This document shows, piece by piece, positions 10,914 to 23,510 of a stretch of DNA of 42,224 nucleotides. The position numbers and the translations under genes are program-made. The notes under the pieces were generated by a model. The model was not told where the DNA came from and did no database searches. It saw nothing but the letters and a program-made list of their open reading frames with translations. How positions within the stretch are numbered: position 1 is the first letter of the stretch; each line of letters begins with the position of its first letter. The stretch comes from Octopus bimaculoides (taxonomy: Eukaryota), in assembly GCF_001194135.2 (NCBI RefSeq), contig NC_068993.1, positions 59,191,280 to 59,233,503 of the forward strand, read 5' to 3'.

Positions 10914-11574
10914 TGCGTCGATAAAAGGAGTGGAAGGTAGAAAGAAAAGAAAAGGAGATAAGAACAAAAATAAGGACAGGTAATAAGTAAAACAATTTGA
11001 TTGAAAAGGTGAAAGAAAGCGATAGGGGGAGTCCAACAAACAGACACACTGATAGACTGACAGCGCAATCGTCATTTCACAACAAATTACTTTAATACTT
11101 AAGCTCAACCAGTGTGACGGTACTTAATTACTGGTATTAAATTAATTTCAATTTTAAATTTGATTTTTTTTGCTTTTGTTTTAGTAGCTACTTCGCCTCA
11201 CATTGAACTCCAAACAGTGTCTTTGGAATTTATGCGTTTTACATTCTAGAGAATTGTAACTCTGTTTTCGTCCTATAATGCCACACCCTTCCCCAACCCA
11301 CACCAGATCTCGCAAGCCTACTCTAGTTAATAAGAGATACTACAGCAGCAGCAAGTGAAGTAGCAACGGAAGCAGCAACAGTAGTAGCAGCAACAGCAGC
11401 ATTAACGGCTGCAACAGGATGCAACAGCTGCAATAGCAGCAGGTGCACTAACAGCAGCTATAATATGCAGCTTCAGCAGAAGGCACATCGGACACCACAA
11501 TGGAATCAGGAGCCGAAATGCACAGCAACACCACCACCGTCCTTACAGGATATGGAGCTTTGTATGTTCATTGA

Positions 11575-11870
11575 GATTGCAAGAAATAGCAGCAAAAATC
11601 TACTCCGTATCATACATTCCGTATTAAAATAACACTTTGACAAATGTGGTCCACTGTTGCCATCTCCAGGACCCGAATGTTTTGCTTGAAATAGCAACCC
11701 GGTCTCCCTCAAATAGCTTCCTACTAATTTAAATGTGAAAAGATAGATTAAATAATGTAGTCCTACGTACACCTGAAAAAGAAAAGTAATGCTGGATTGT
11801 CACGACCGGCATGCTTTTGATCTAAGACCTGTTTATTCACGATAAATCTGGGTTTAAACAGCAACTACAG
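11575..11870 (+). mobile_element. Short retroposon family D copy
   Basis: GAAATAGCAGCAAAAATCT...ATAATGTAGTCCTA...GCTTTTGATC...GGGTTTAAACAGCAAC, as in other copies. Confidence 0.65.
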
Positions 11871-12159
11871 AAGTAGTAGCAAGCATGGAGAAACAGGATG
11901 GTAGAAATGGTAGAAATGTAAGATGCCCAGATAGTCGCACAGCATGCCATACACCGGACCATTACATGGTGGTATTGTTTATTTGAATCAATGGATCTAT
12001 AGGTTATGTAAGTTATATATAACCATTTGAACACAGGTTTGCTGAATCAGGGCTTATATGGGAGCTAAACAACACCCTCACTATTAACAATAACAGCACA
12101 ACATCAACAAGAGCAACATCAAAATTAGCAGCAAGAACACGAACAACAAACTAACAATG

Positions 12160-12975
12160 GGAACTTCCATGCCAGCCTTTCACAGTGTTTTAGCGCCTGA
12201 GCAGAATCTACGTGAAGAATTGCGCAAATTCTTCTCATGTCCACCCAGTCGCTTGTATAAAGAAGAGCATATTGACTAACGCGGTCCGTGTGGAAGTGGG
12301 GATGATACTGATTCTAGGGAAAAGACGGAACAGTCACGGTTGGAACGCTTCCAATATGGTTCTAATCGATTTTATTGGAGCATCCTCGGTTCGGGATAAC
12401 ATCTACTGATATATTAGCGCCACCAACCAGGATTGTCTAACATGCGCAGCGGTTCAATGTCCGTGAGTTTTAAACTGGATGTGAACTCAAACTCGAACAG
12501 CTTTTGTTGCATCTGGGATGAATCTTCCTTTGATGAGGAAATGTCGGTAGTTCCACAGTGTCTGGTGGACAGGGTGACAAAAGTCGTTTGGTGGACAAGA
12601 TTGAAAGGCTTACTGAAAGACACTTTCTTTTCAGGCGAAACCCCCTTTAACTATGCCCTAGGGAAGAGCATAGAAGGTCCAGTCTTGTTACTCTGACACA
12701 CGTTTATCATTTGTAGAATGGTGGATGAGAGGGACGAGAATGTCCCAAGTCATACTCTCAGTATGGGCCTGTATAGCGTAGATAAAATCTGAGAGAGGAG
12801 TCAGTTGCCCTTTGTGGCCAGAACCATATTGAATCAGCGAGTTTCTTTGGTTGGCTTTCGGTGGTTGACTTCCTATCAAAATGATCAAAGGTCCTTCCCA
12901 ACCTATAGCTTCGTAAGGCCGGTTTCCTGGTTCTGCAACGTCTATATTCCCTCCCTCCACACTCTGGATTTCTCG
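12160..12975 (+). mobile_element. Decayed L1/Tx1-clade LINE 3' region
   Basis: Frames give SVRDNIY, EQLL and KVVWWTRLKGLLKDTFFSG, collinear with the zinc-knuckle region of the minus-strand copy at 28965-29700; frameshifted. Confidence 0.7.
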
Positions 12976-12984
12976 TTTTTGCTG

Positions 12985-13110
12985 CTGAGTGGATTGGAGC
13001 AACGTGAAATGAAGTGTTTTGTTCAAGAACACAACACATCGCTGGGTTCAGGAATCGAAACCACAATCTTACAATCATGAGTACAGCACCCGAACCAGTA
13101 AACCACTGCC
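12985..13110 (-). mobile_element. tRNA/CORE SINE 5' fragment (family A)
   Basis: TGGATTGGAGCAACGTGAAATGAAGTGTTTTGTTCAAGAACACAAC...GGAATCGAAACC is the reverse complement of the head plus CORE. Confidence 0.8.
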
Positions 13111-13343
13111 TTTTTGTAGGGGCACCTAATTTAATATGTTTTTGAATAAATTCGTTTTTCACGTCTGCTTTTTTCACATTTGATTCTGCATAGAAACCCC
13201 ATCGTTTGTAACATCTCCTCACTTTGATAAATAAACAAAATTATATTTATATTATATTATTATTATGATTGCTATTGTTGTTGACTACGCCATCTTTGTC
13301 GGTGTTGTTATTGTTGTTAATGACGTCATCGTCATCACCGTCG

Positions 13344-13390
<47 letters not shown>

Positions 13391-13420
13391 GTTTGCATTT
13401 TTGTCTTGTTTTTTTCACAG

Positions 13421-13471
13421 GAATATTTAACAGTACTCGTTCTAAGGTGTAAAGCTACCATACTAGCAGAG
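13421..13471 (+). other. Candidate 51-nt internal exon (UTR, or frame-0 coding EYLTVLVLRCKATILAE)
   Basis: Acceptor TTGTCTTGTTTTTTTCACAG|G and donor GAG|GTAAGT are both near consensus; only frame 0 is open; no recognisable homology. Confidence 0.5.
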
Positions 13472-13962
13472 GTAAGTGATCACCATTTTTATGCCACTAT
13501 ATGTGTGCGTATGGGTGTGTGTGTATGTGCGTGTGTGTGTTTGTTTGTACGTATGTATGTATGTATGTGTGCATGTGTAAAGCCACTTAGAATTTCTTTC
13601 AAACTCTCGACTCCTTCTTCGCACATTTAGCGAGGTGGACGTATCCTGGCACGCGAATCTTTAAGATATGTCAAACTACGCTACATTAATTAAGTACATG
13701 TAACAGCTACTAAATATGTTAAATGCCAGTTTCTTTCGTTTGTTCACTCACCCGTGTATATGTGCGTGTATTTGTGTGTGTGTATATATGTGTATATATA
13801 TATATAATAATTAAATTAGGCATCTGTTTAACGATGTATTAGCAAATAGGAAAGCTTATAACTGTCATTAAATATGACAGAGGGTGTTAGAACATCTACA
13901 ATGCTAGGAATAAGAGCTAAAGTGCTTTGATGTCAACGCAGTCAATTGTATACATACACACT

Positions 13963-14002
<40 letters not shown>

Positions 14003-14725
14003 NNNNNNNNNNNNNNNNNNNNNNNNNNNNNNNNNNNNNNNNNNNNNNNNNNNNNNNNNNNNNNNNNNNNNNNNNNNNNNNNNNNNNNNNNNNNNNNNNN
14101 NNNNNNNNNNNNNNNNNNNNNNNNNNNNNNNNNNNNNNNNNNNNNNNNNNNNNNNNNNNNNNNNNNNNNNNNNNNNNNNNNNNNNNNNNNNNNNNNNNNN
14201 NNNNNNNNNNNNNNNNNNNNNNNNNNNNNNNNNNNNNNNNNNNNNNNNNNNNNNNNNNNNNNNNNNNNNNNNNNNNNNNNNNNNNNNNNNNNNNNNNNNN
14301 NNNNNNNNNNNNNNNNNNNNNNNNNNNNNNNNNNNNNNNNNNNNNNNNNNNNNNNNNNNNNNNNNNNNNNNNNNNNNNNNNNNNNNNNNNNNNNNNNNNN
14401 NNNNNNNNNNNNNNNNNNNNNNNNNNNNNNNNNNNNNNNNNNNNNNNNNNNNNNNNNNNNNNNNNNNNNNNNNNNNNNNNNNNNNNNNNNNNNNNNNNNN
14501 NNNNNNNNNNNNNNNNNNNNNNNNNNNNNNNNNNNNNNNNNNNNNNNNNNNNNNNNNNNNNNNNNNNNNNNNNNNNNNNNNNNNNNNNNNNNNNNNNNNN
14601 NNNNNNNNNNNNNNNNNNNNNNNNNNNNNNNNNNNNNNNNNNNNNNNNNNNNNNNNNNNNNNNNNNNNNNNNNNNNNNNNNNNNNNNNNNNNNNNNNNNN
14701 NTATATATATATATATATATATATG

Positions 14726-14783
<58 letters not shown>

Positions 14784-15315
14784 CAAACAAAACGATAGAT
14801 AAAAAAATAGACAGACAAACAGACAGACAGATAGATAATTGAATATAAAGCTCAAGATAATGTTTGGAAAACTAACATCGGGCAAACTAACGGAATGGAG
14901 GTTTTATAGTAAACACACATATTTAGCCTCATTGTGAAAAATCCACATTTTCTACATAATTCTGTGATGTTAACAAAATACATTTATTAAAAACATCCCA
15001 CCCTGTAAGTTTACCTTATACCTTTCGCTAACTTCGCCTATTTTATGTCCCTCCCTTCGTGTTTCATCCTCATATATACGCGGCCGGGTGCGCGCGTGTG
15101 TTTGTTTAAGTGTCGAACCGCTGCTCCTTGGCCAAATGTCTTCTGCTTATAAAACGAGGTCGACCAATTCCTTATGACTGAATTTAGTGGCCAGAAATCG
15201 TGTAGAATACTGTCGAATACATACATACATTTATGTGTGTGTGTGTGCGTGTGTGTGTGTGCGTGTGTGTGTGTGTACACATTCACACATCCTTATTTAC
15301 ATACATATGTGTGTG

Positions 15316-15386
<71 letters not shown>

Positions 15387-15561
15387 ACGCATGTATGGAC
15401 GTATAAACGAACGTGCGTGTATAAATGCGAAAGATTGTATGCATGTGGAGGTTGTAAATAGACGAAAGGTGTGAATACATCGTGTGACGCATCACTCGAA
15501 TTCTCTATCCCGCCAAATTTCAATATATGTCTCTTAAATGGCTACTACTACTACTACTACA

Positions 15562-15613
<52 letters not shown>

Positions 15614-15701
15614 CCTCCCTCCCCCTCTCTCTCTCTCTCTTTATATCTTTAAATATGTATGAATATGGATGCACGTATGTATATATATAGAGAGAGATTA
15701 G

Positions 15702-15776
<75 letters not shown>

Positions 15777-16149
15777 TATGTATGCATGTGCACACTCGTG
15801 CACTATTACGCGCGTATTTACCTATTCCAATGCACCGTTTAAATCGTTCAACAAAGTATACACATGTAATTATGTTGAGGTATGTATGTGAACGTGTGTA
15901 AGTATATAGGCATATGAGCATGCATGTATACATGTGCATATTTATTTACACACATACATACATATAAATATAAATATGTATGTTTATATGCAGGTATGCA
16001 TGTATGCATATAAGTTTGTAGGTAAGGTAGGTATCCATGTATGTATGTATGTATGCGCTCTTAGAACTTTTATACATTCTTTTCAGTTATTTATTTTCTT
16101 TTATTCGTTTCGCTTCCTTAGGATGCCACTATGCAGAAGCTCCATCTAG

Positions 16150-16187
<38 letters not shown>

Positions 16188-16539
16188 ACGCGTACATACA
16201 CACACTCATACACACACATGTTTACCTAGACGCAAACATGTCTATTTGTACATCTGTATGCGTTGTAACCTGTGTTTGTATTTACAGGTGTTTTCACATG
16301 TGTGTATTTCATTTATATGTATGCGCATATGGATGTATATGGGTTCTTGCCTGTATCTGTAAGTGTACATGCGAGTGTATGCATTTCCGTATGTATGTGT
16401 GTCTGTTGATTATATATATATATATTGAAACCAAGGTTAAGTGCTTCAAGGTCATTGCCAAGGTGAGAGAGAGAAAAAATTACGAAATAATTTCTCCTGC
16501 TTTTACAAGTATCAATAACGAAAACAACACTTCTCTTAT

Positions 16540-17850
16540 AGAGTGGCGGTTGATAGGCAGTAATAGTAGCGTGGCAGATAGAATACTTTGTAATAGTAGA
16601 GTGATAAGATATATTGCCGTGGTAGAGTAGTGCTGGTCAAAAGAGCTTGCTATAAATAATAGTGTGGTAGAATATTTTCTGATTGTTAAGAGGTTGATAA
16701 AATAGCTTGTAATAGTATCGTACGTAGCAGATAGAATAACTTGTTATAGTATTGTAGCAGATAGAGTACTTTGTAATAGTAAAGTGGCTGATAGAATAAA
16801 GTGACAAACAATTGACAATAATAGTAGAATGATTGACAAAATAGATTGAATAGAGTAAGAGAATAGAGTAGTGGATAAATAACAGAAATATTAGGGTGGC
16901 TTAACGGTATTTCGTCTGCCTTTACGTTCCGAGTTCAAATTCTACCGAGGTCGACTTTGCGTTTCTTTCTTTCGGGGTCCGTAAAATAAGTGCCAGTTAA
17001 CCATTGGGGTCGATATAATCGACTAAACCGCTTCTCTCGAAATTGCTGGCCTTGTGCCAACATTTGAAGCTAATATAAGGGTAGCATATAAAATTACCGG
17101 TTAGAGTGGTAGCTAGAATATTTATCGCAATAGAGTTGTGGATAAAAAAGGGTAGCAAATGAGTGGCGGTAATAGTAAAATGATAGACAGAATAATTTAT
17201 AGAATCCCAGATAGAGTAGAGGAACGGATAAGGTCGACAGTGCTATTAGGGTGATAGATAGAATTCCCCGCCAAAATAGAGTGAGATTGGAATATTTTGT
17301 CATAGGAAAGTGACAGAGTGAAGAGATAGAAATAACTGAGCGGAACATAGAATAGACTAGGGGATTGAATAGATAGCCGGATGGTTGATATTAATAAGTA
17401 GAACTTTAGATAAAATACTCTATAATAACACAGAGAAGTAAATAAAATACTAAAATAGAATATTAGAGTGGCAGATAGAACAGGGTGGTAGATAGAATTG
17501 GTAGATAGAACAGGGTGGTGGAGTGTTAGATAAAGTGACAAGATGGTTGATAGCAATATTGCGGTGTTAGATGAAGTGACAGATGACAAACAATAATAGT
17601 AGAGTGGTAGTAAGAACACCGCGTAATAAGAGAGTAACGGAGAAAACAGAATCACGGTACTTGTAGAATGTTAGGACGTAAAATGACAGATGATAGAAAG
17701 TAATAATAGAGTAGAGTGACCAGTGATTGACAGTAAATAGTAAAGTAGCAACAAGAATACTTTGTAATAGTAGTGTGGTAGATTGAGAAGAGTGGTGGAT
17801 AGGACAGTGACCAGTGATTGACAGTAATAGTTCAGTGTTAGAATAACTTG
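16540..17850. repeat. Degenerate purine-rich (C-poor) tandem repeat, interrupted by a family B SINE at about 16900-17075
   Basis: Recurring AGAGTGGYAGATAGAA and AGAATACTTTGTAATAGTA units (near 16580, 16760, 17755). Confidence 0.75.
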
Positions 17851-18557
17851 CAGTATCTACAGTTACATTCCTCTATGTTCTGGGTTCTAATCCCACTGGG
17901 GTTGGCTTTCTCATTCGTCTTTCCAGTTTCGATAAAACAAGATATTTGTTGTTATTTTTGTTTAACCCCGGCTGTTTCAACCATGACCGTCCTGCCATAT
18001 ATATGTATATATGTATGTAAGTATATGCATACATACATGCATGCTCCGGACAATTTGTTGCTCTTATTGCGCACAGAAATTTGCTTTTGCGCCTTTATTT
18101 GCATGGTATGTTCGCACTCAAGCGAGAAACCATCCTCCATTTTAAAAATTCGATTTCATCTTGAAAACATTGTGTGCGCACGGGCGCGCATTTAAGCGGG
18201 AAAATAGACTTCAAAGTGTTCGTTGCAAAGGCCTATCGAGAATAATTTGAGGAAGATTTGACAACCATCTCTAGTAAACCACCGATTATACGCTGACTCA
18301 TAATGTTCCCTATTGGGACAAAGCTAGAAATCGCGATTTTTGTCGAGTCTGACAAAACACGTTACCGTATTTAATTACAGGACTCCATCCATGTTGTAAA
18401 CTCAAACGTGACCGATGTCAGTTCTGCCTTCAATCCCTNNNNNNNNNNNNNNNNNNNNNNNNNNNNNNNNNNNNNNNNNNNNNNNNNNNNNNNNNNNNNN
18501 NNNNNNNNNNNNNNNNNNNNNNNNATAGTATCGACAAACACCACCGAAGTTAGAAAC

Positions 18558-18620
<63 letters not shown>

Positions 18621-18642
18621 GATCATCATCATCATCATCATT

Positions 18643-18691
18643 GAAGGCGTCGAACTAGCAGAATCGTTAGCACGCCGGGCGAAATGCTTAT

Positions 18692-18759
<68 letters not shown>

Positions 18760-18900
18760 TTTAGGTTCTGAATGCAAATCCTACTGATGTCAATTTAGCC
18801 CTCTCTTCCTCCATGATTGATGAAATAAAGTACCACTCAAGTCGAGTAGCCTCCTCCACTCAAGACAGTGGTCTTATACCTACATTAGGAATTATCCACT
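18643..18900 (+). mobile_element. Family B SINE head (well preserved) plus (TAC)n plus older body
   Basis: GAAGGCGTCGAACTAGCAGAATCGTTAGCACGCCGGGCGAAATGCTTA, then (TAC)n, then degenerate GTTCTGAATGCAAATCC...GATGAAATAAAGTACC. Confidence 0.7.
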
Positions 18901-18960
18901 ATGCTTTAAGGGGTGGTGAATGGAAATATCGGTAGGGGAACAGAAAATTTTTAAAAAACG

Positions 18961-19175
18961 GTGGCGTTGGATGGCAGAATTAATACAAACTCGGATTAAA
19001 TGTTGTCAGAAGATAGCAGAAATGATGCAAAGCCGGATTAAACGAGTCAGTAGTTAGCAAAATTGATGCAGAACCGGCGGATTAAATGGCGTCAATGGAC
19101 AACAGAATCGATGCAGAGCCGGGTTACATTGTAACACGGTGTGAAAAAGAATTGATAGAGAGCCGGATTAAACGT
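18961..19175. repeat. Five-unit 42-44 bp degenerate tandem array
   Basis: Conserved block AGAATTGATGCAGAGCCGGATTAAA; GGATTA at 18993, 19035, 19079, 19165 and GGGTTA at 19121. Confidence 0.85.
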
Positions 19176-19317
19176 CACTTTGTATTTAGTTGCGCTTCTT
19201 TGCCTTTCTAATTTCAAATTCCATCAGATTTAACTTTGCTTTTCGTTATCTTAAATACTAATCGATGCCTTAAATACTAGTTAGATACTGATGTTCGTCA
19301 TTATACACTTCTTTAGT

Positions 19318-19697
19318 GGAGGCGCAATGGCCCAGTGGTTAGGGCAGTGGACTCGTGGTCGTAGGATCGCGGTTTCGATTCCCAGACCGGACGTTGTGAG
19401 TGTTTATTGAGTGAAAACACCTAATGCTCCACGAGGCTCCGGCAGGGGGTGGTGGCGAACCCTACTGTTTTCTTTCACCACAACTTTCTCTCACTCTTTC
19501 TTCCTGCTTCTGTTGTACTTGTATTTCAAAGAGCCAGCCTTGTCACACTCTGTGTCACGCTGAAAGTCTCCGAGAACTATGTTAAGAGTACACGTGTCTG
19601 TGGAATGCTCAGCCACTTGCACATTAATTTCACGAGCAGGCTGTTCCGTTGATCGGATCAACTGGAACCCTCGTCGTCGTAAGCGACGGAGTGCCAA
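19318..19697 (+). mobile_element. Full-length tRNA-derived SINE with distinct middle domain and tail 1
   Basis: A box TGGCCCAGTGG, B box GTTTCGATTCC; 19512-19695 is near-collinear with 5231-5413, but 19390-19510 is unrelated to the CORE segment. Confidence 0.9.
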
Positions 19698-20129
19698 CAA
19701 ACAAAATACACTTCTTTATATCCTACAAAATTTTCGGATTTATGCCTTTGTTAAAAATCATATTTCCACCCCTAAGTCCCTCGCTTTGCATCACTTTATG
19801 TTGATTTTGTCTTTTAGATGCCATATAATCGTCTCAAACAAAATCCCTCAGGATATTACTGGTACATATTTTTCTTCATTAATCACCTCATGTATATAAA
19901 AGGTTACATCGCTTGTTATTAGAATGCTCCTGTTGTTTCTACCTATGATCAGAAACATTGTAACCCTACGTCTTTTTAGAGGACTCTAGAACTATGTTAT
20001 CTAAGGTGTTCTTCATATTTTTAAGACGATGGCCTCTAAATTGAAGGGATTTAGTTGCTTTTTCTAAGAGGTCAAGAAAAACCTTTGATTGTGGTTCGTC
20101 TCAAAACTTGAGAGACGAAGTGATGGTGT

Positions 20130-20400
20130 ATCTTGGAAATTGTGGAGGTGCACAATGAGATGGAGTTATAGAGCTGCGAATTTGTAGAGATGTGGGAGAT
20201 GTGGAAATACGAAGACTCGGTAACATGAATGTATAGATATGCGGGGTTACAGAGATAAAGAGCTGAGAAGTTGTGTTGGTGTGCAGAGAAGCGGACGTGT
20301 GGCTGTAGGGACATATAGAGGTGTGGAAGCGTGAAGATATAGAGCTGTGAAATTGTAGAACTGTGGGCTTGCGGAAAAGTGGAAATGCGGGGCTGAAAAT
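20130..20400. repeat. Degenerate short-period purine-rich repeat (GTGGAGAT/ATAGAGCT-like units)
   Basis: Recurring ATAGAGCTG(C/T)GAA and GATGTGG units. Confidence 0.6.
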
Positions 20401-20530
20401 TGTTTAAATGGAAGTCATTTTGTATATAAAGGTCGGCCATTTTACTGTGATGTTTCAATTACTGTCGACTGTGGGGAAAATAGGTATGTAAGGTGAAAGG
20501 TTTCATTTGCTATTCTTAGCAAAACTATTG

Positions 20531-20618
<88 letters not shown>

Positions 20619-21363
20619 AGGGGCGGTGTTGGTGGTGGTAGCGATAGTGGCAGAGGTGATGATGTCCGTGGTGGTGGTGGTAGGCATTGTAGTTCTATTG
20701 AAATAACATATTGGGATGGGTGATAAAGCATCATTTATGGTTGATCGAGTAACAAATGTTTTAGTTGTCTGTTGTCTGGGTACTGATGTCAGTGTAAGAT
20801 ATGAATTTGTACATACATACGTACATACATGCATACATACATACATACATACATACACACATTAATACATACATATATACATTTGTGCATGTATATTCAC
20901 AGACACCGACTCATGTTATATATATATACGCATGTGTGTGTATGTATTATGCAAGCCATATATACACACAGACACACGAATTTATGTATATATGTATGTA
21001 TATATATACACATATATACACAGCTTTTTAGGTATATATGTATGTATATCATATATGTAATATATATCACATAATATATATAATCATACCTTATATATTA
21101 TATGCATGTGAGTATATGTGTGCGAGCGTATTCATATATGTTATTTACAATATATACCTAAATGTATGTATGTGTGTGTATATATATATATNNNNNNNNN
21201 NTATATATATATATGTATGTATGTATGATATATACGTATATAAACATACATTCTTATACATGTATATAACTCTGTTATTTGTATATATCACTGCATATAA
21301 TAGAATTAAGTATTAGCAGGGGAACAGTAAGAATAAAAACACCATGTGCTGCTGCTGCTGCTG

Positions 21364-21412
<49 letters not shown>

Positions 21413-21759
21413 AGCTATTCCCCATTCCATCGCTTCACGACTTGATATTTGTTGAACAATGCCACAGGCAGCGATACAGCCATTACAGTGTTAAACCAAT
21501 TTAAAATATGGCTGCTAATGTACAGATTTATGGCTAAGGTGACCTTGACATTCACAGCATTCGTGTGAGTGCGCGCGCGCGCGTATGTGTGATACGTGAG
21601 AGTTTATGCGTGTTTGTGTGTGACCGTTGTGCGTGCTCATTATTGTTTAGCTCCTAGTCAACCCTGATCGAGCAGATCTATAATCATTCATTTCAGCCGT
21701 GACGTTCCCTGTCTGTTTAGAGTTTTTCAAGGACTACATTAACGAATGCATTCTCTCCC

Positions 21760-21822
<63 letters not shown>

Positions 21823-22041
21823 NNNNNNNNNNNNNNNNNNNNNNNNNNNNNNNNNNNNNNNNNNNNNNNNNNNNNNNNNNNNNNNNNNNNNNNNNNNNNN
21901 NNNNNNNNNNNNNNNNNNNNNNNNNNNNNNNNNNNNNNNNNNNNNNNNNNNNNNNNNNNNNNNNNNNNNNNNNNNNNNNNNNNNNNNGATGTTTCTTTGT
22001 TGCTTTACTCCCCGCGTTTTCATAACATGTGTATATGATGC

Positions 22042-22087
<46 letters not shown>

Positions 22088-22599
22088 TATCTTTAATAAT
22101 ACATACATTTGTGATAAGTTTGTGGAGCTTCTGACGAGCGTGTGAGTTGGCAAATCGGTCGGATATTGACAACGTGAGCGGATATGCGATATAATCGTTT
22201 GAAACAAATATAATACCATAATACTCTCCCGGGATATTACTGGTACATTTTTTCATTAATTATCTTAATAATATAAAAGGTTAAAGCAGATGACACTTGA
22301 ATAGTGTTGTTGTTTCTGCCTATGTTCAAAAGACCCCATTCTCGACCCTACGTCATTTTCAGAGGTCTCTAAAACTATGTTATCTGATGTGTCCTTCGTA
22401 CTTTTAAGTTGAGGCCAAGGAAGGGGTCGGTAATTAGAATCATCGAACCACCGCCACTTCTGTTTCTGCTAACCGTCAGAACTCTTTCGAACCAACAAGA
22501 GATTATCTACATAGCAGTTTGCCCTGCTAGACATAGCAGTTAACCCCCCCCCCCGCCTTCATTCAAACGCTATTTTCTTAAAAGCGGATGAACATATTT

Positions 22600-22970
22600 A
22601 ATAGTAATGGCTGGAATGCATTTGAGCATAGGCCTACTTACCTAAGTCTGCGCAAGCTGACCAAGGATGACAATAGGTTAAGCAACAGAAGCAACAATAA
22701 TGTTATATATTGAATGTTTCACTTAATACCTAAAAGTCAGGTCTTGATACGAGCTGAGAAGGTGTTTTTACCTAGTCCCATGATATGCTACAAGTAGCGA
22801 CCAAATTTTCTTCAAGTCTCTCTTCACCATCTTAAAAATGAAATAACACAGCGGATAAAGTGGCCCTAGACACGCTGAATTCGAAAAAAGAAATTAGGAA
22901 TGGTTACAGTTAGAACATCTTTGATTACAGCTCTATTGCATCTGGAATGAAATGGGGTTAAACCACAACA
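22600..22970 (+). mobile_element. Family D copies (3' piece 22600-22700; near-full 22775-22970)
   Basis: GGCTGGAATGCATTTGAGCATAGG...GGTTAAGCAAC and ...CATCTTTGATTAC...GGGGTTAAACCACAAC. Confidence 0.65.
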
Positions 22971-23261
22971 TAATATTGGATGGTCACAGGCGAAATTTCT
23001 GTAACCGTAGGTCTACAGAACCATACCAGACCAGGTTTGACTTGGACTAAATGAGATTGCGCATAACTGAGGTAGGCGAAAAAAAATCGATGACTATAAC
23101 CCTGCAACAGTACTATAAGAAATATTTGATAATCTGCACAGATCGATTGCAACCAGTTTTGGGCTTTGCATGACAGAATGTCTTTGATAGCTGCTTCTAT
23201 TTCTCCAGACGTTTCTCCGGGTGGCAAACTCTTACTGAGGGTAGGCATAAAATATAGATTT

Positions 23262-23424
23262 TAAATTTTGGCGCAAGGTTAACAATTTTAGGGGAGAACG
23301 TAAGCCGATTACATACACCTCGTGCTCTAGAAATACTTATTTTATCGACTGCGAAAGTATGAAAAACAAAGTCGATCTCAGTGAATATATAAACACGTAC
23401 ATATATAGAAAAAAAACATGCACA

Positions 23425-23510
<86 letters not shown>

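Noticed and set aside
11340-11540. PolyQ/polyA coding exon
   Set aside because: Decayed (CAG/CAA)n tract with stops and no convincing splice sites.
12212-12696. ORFs 12212..12409 and 12433..12696 as genes
   Set aside because: Frameshifted pieces of an L1/Tx1 ORF2 C-terminus, with a second decayed copy at 28965-29700.
13746-13754. Minus-strand donor CGG|GTGAGT
   Set aside because: The upstream sequence is microsatellite, with no credible acceptor.
16122-16461. Exon after the strong acceptor at 16121
   Set aside because: It runs straight into (CA)n and other simple repeats before any donor.
18381-18438. Exon encoding LHPCCKLKRDRCQFCLQS as a nuclear-receptor zinc finger
   Set aside because: Cysteine spacing does not fit C-x5-C-x9-C-x2-C, the acceptor is weak and the 3' end is hidden in a gap; revisit only if the gap is closed.
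18961-19175. CRISPR array
   Set aside because: Repeats are degenerate, linkers are short and resemble one another, there are no cas genes, and the context is an animal genome.
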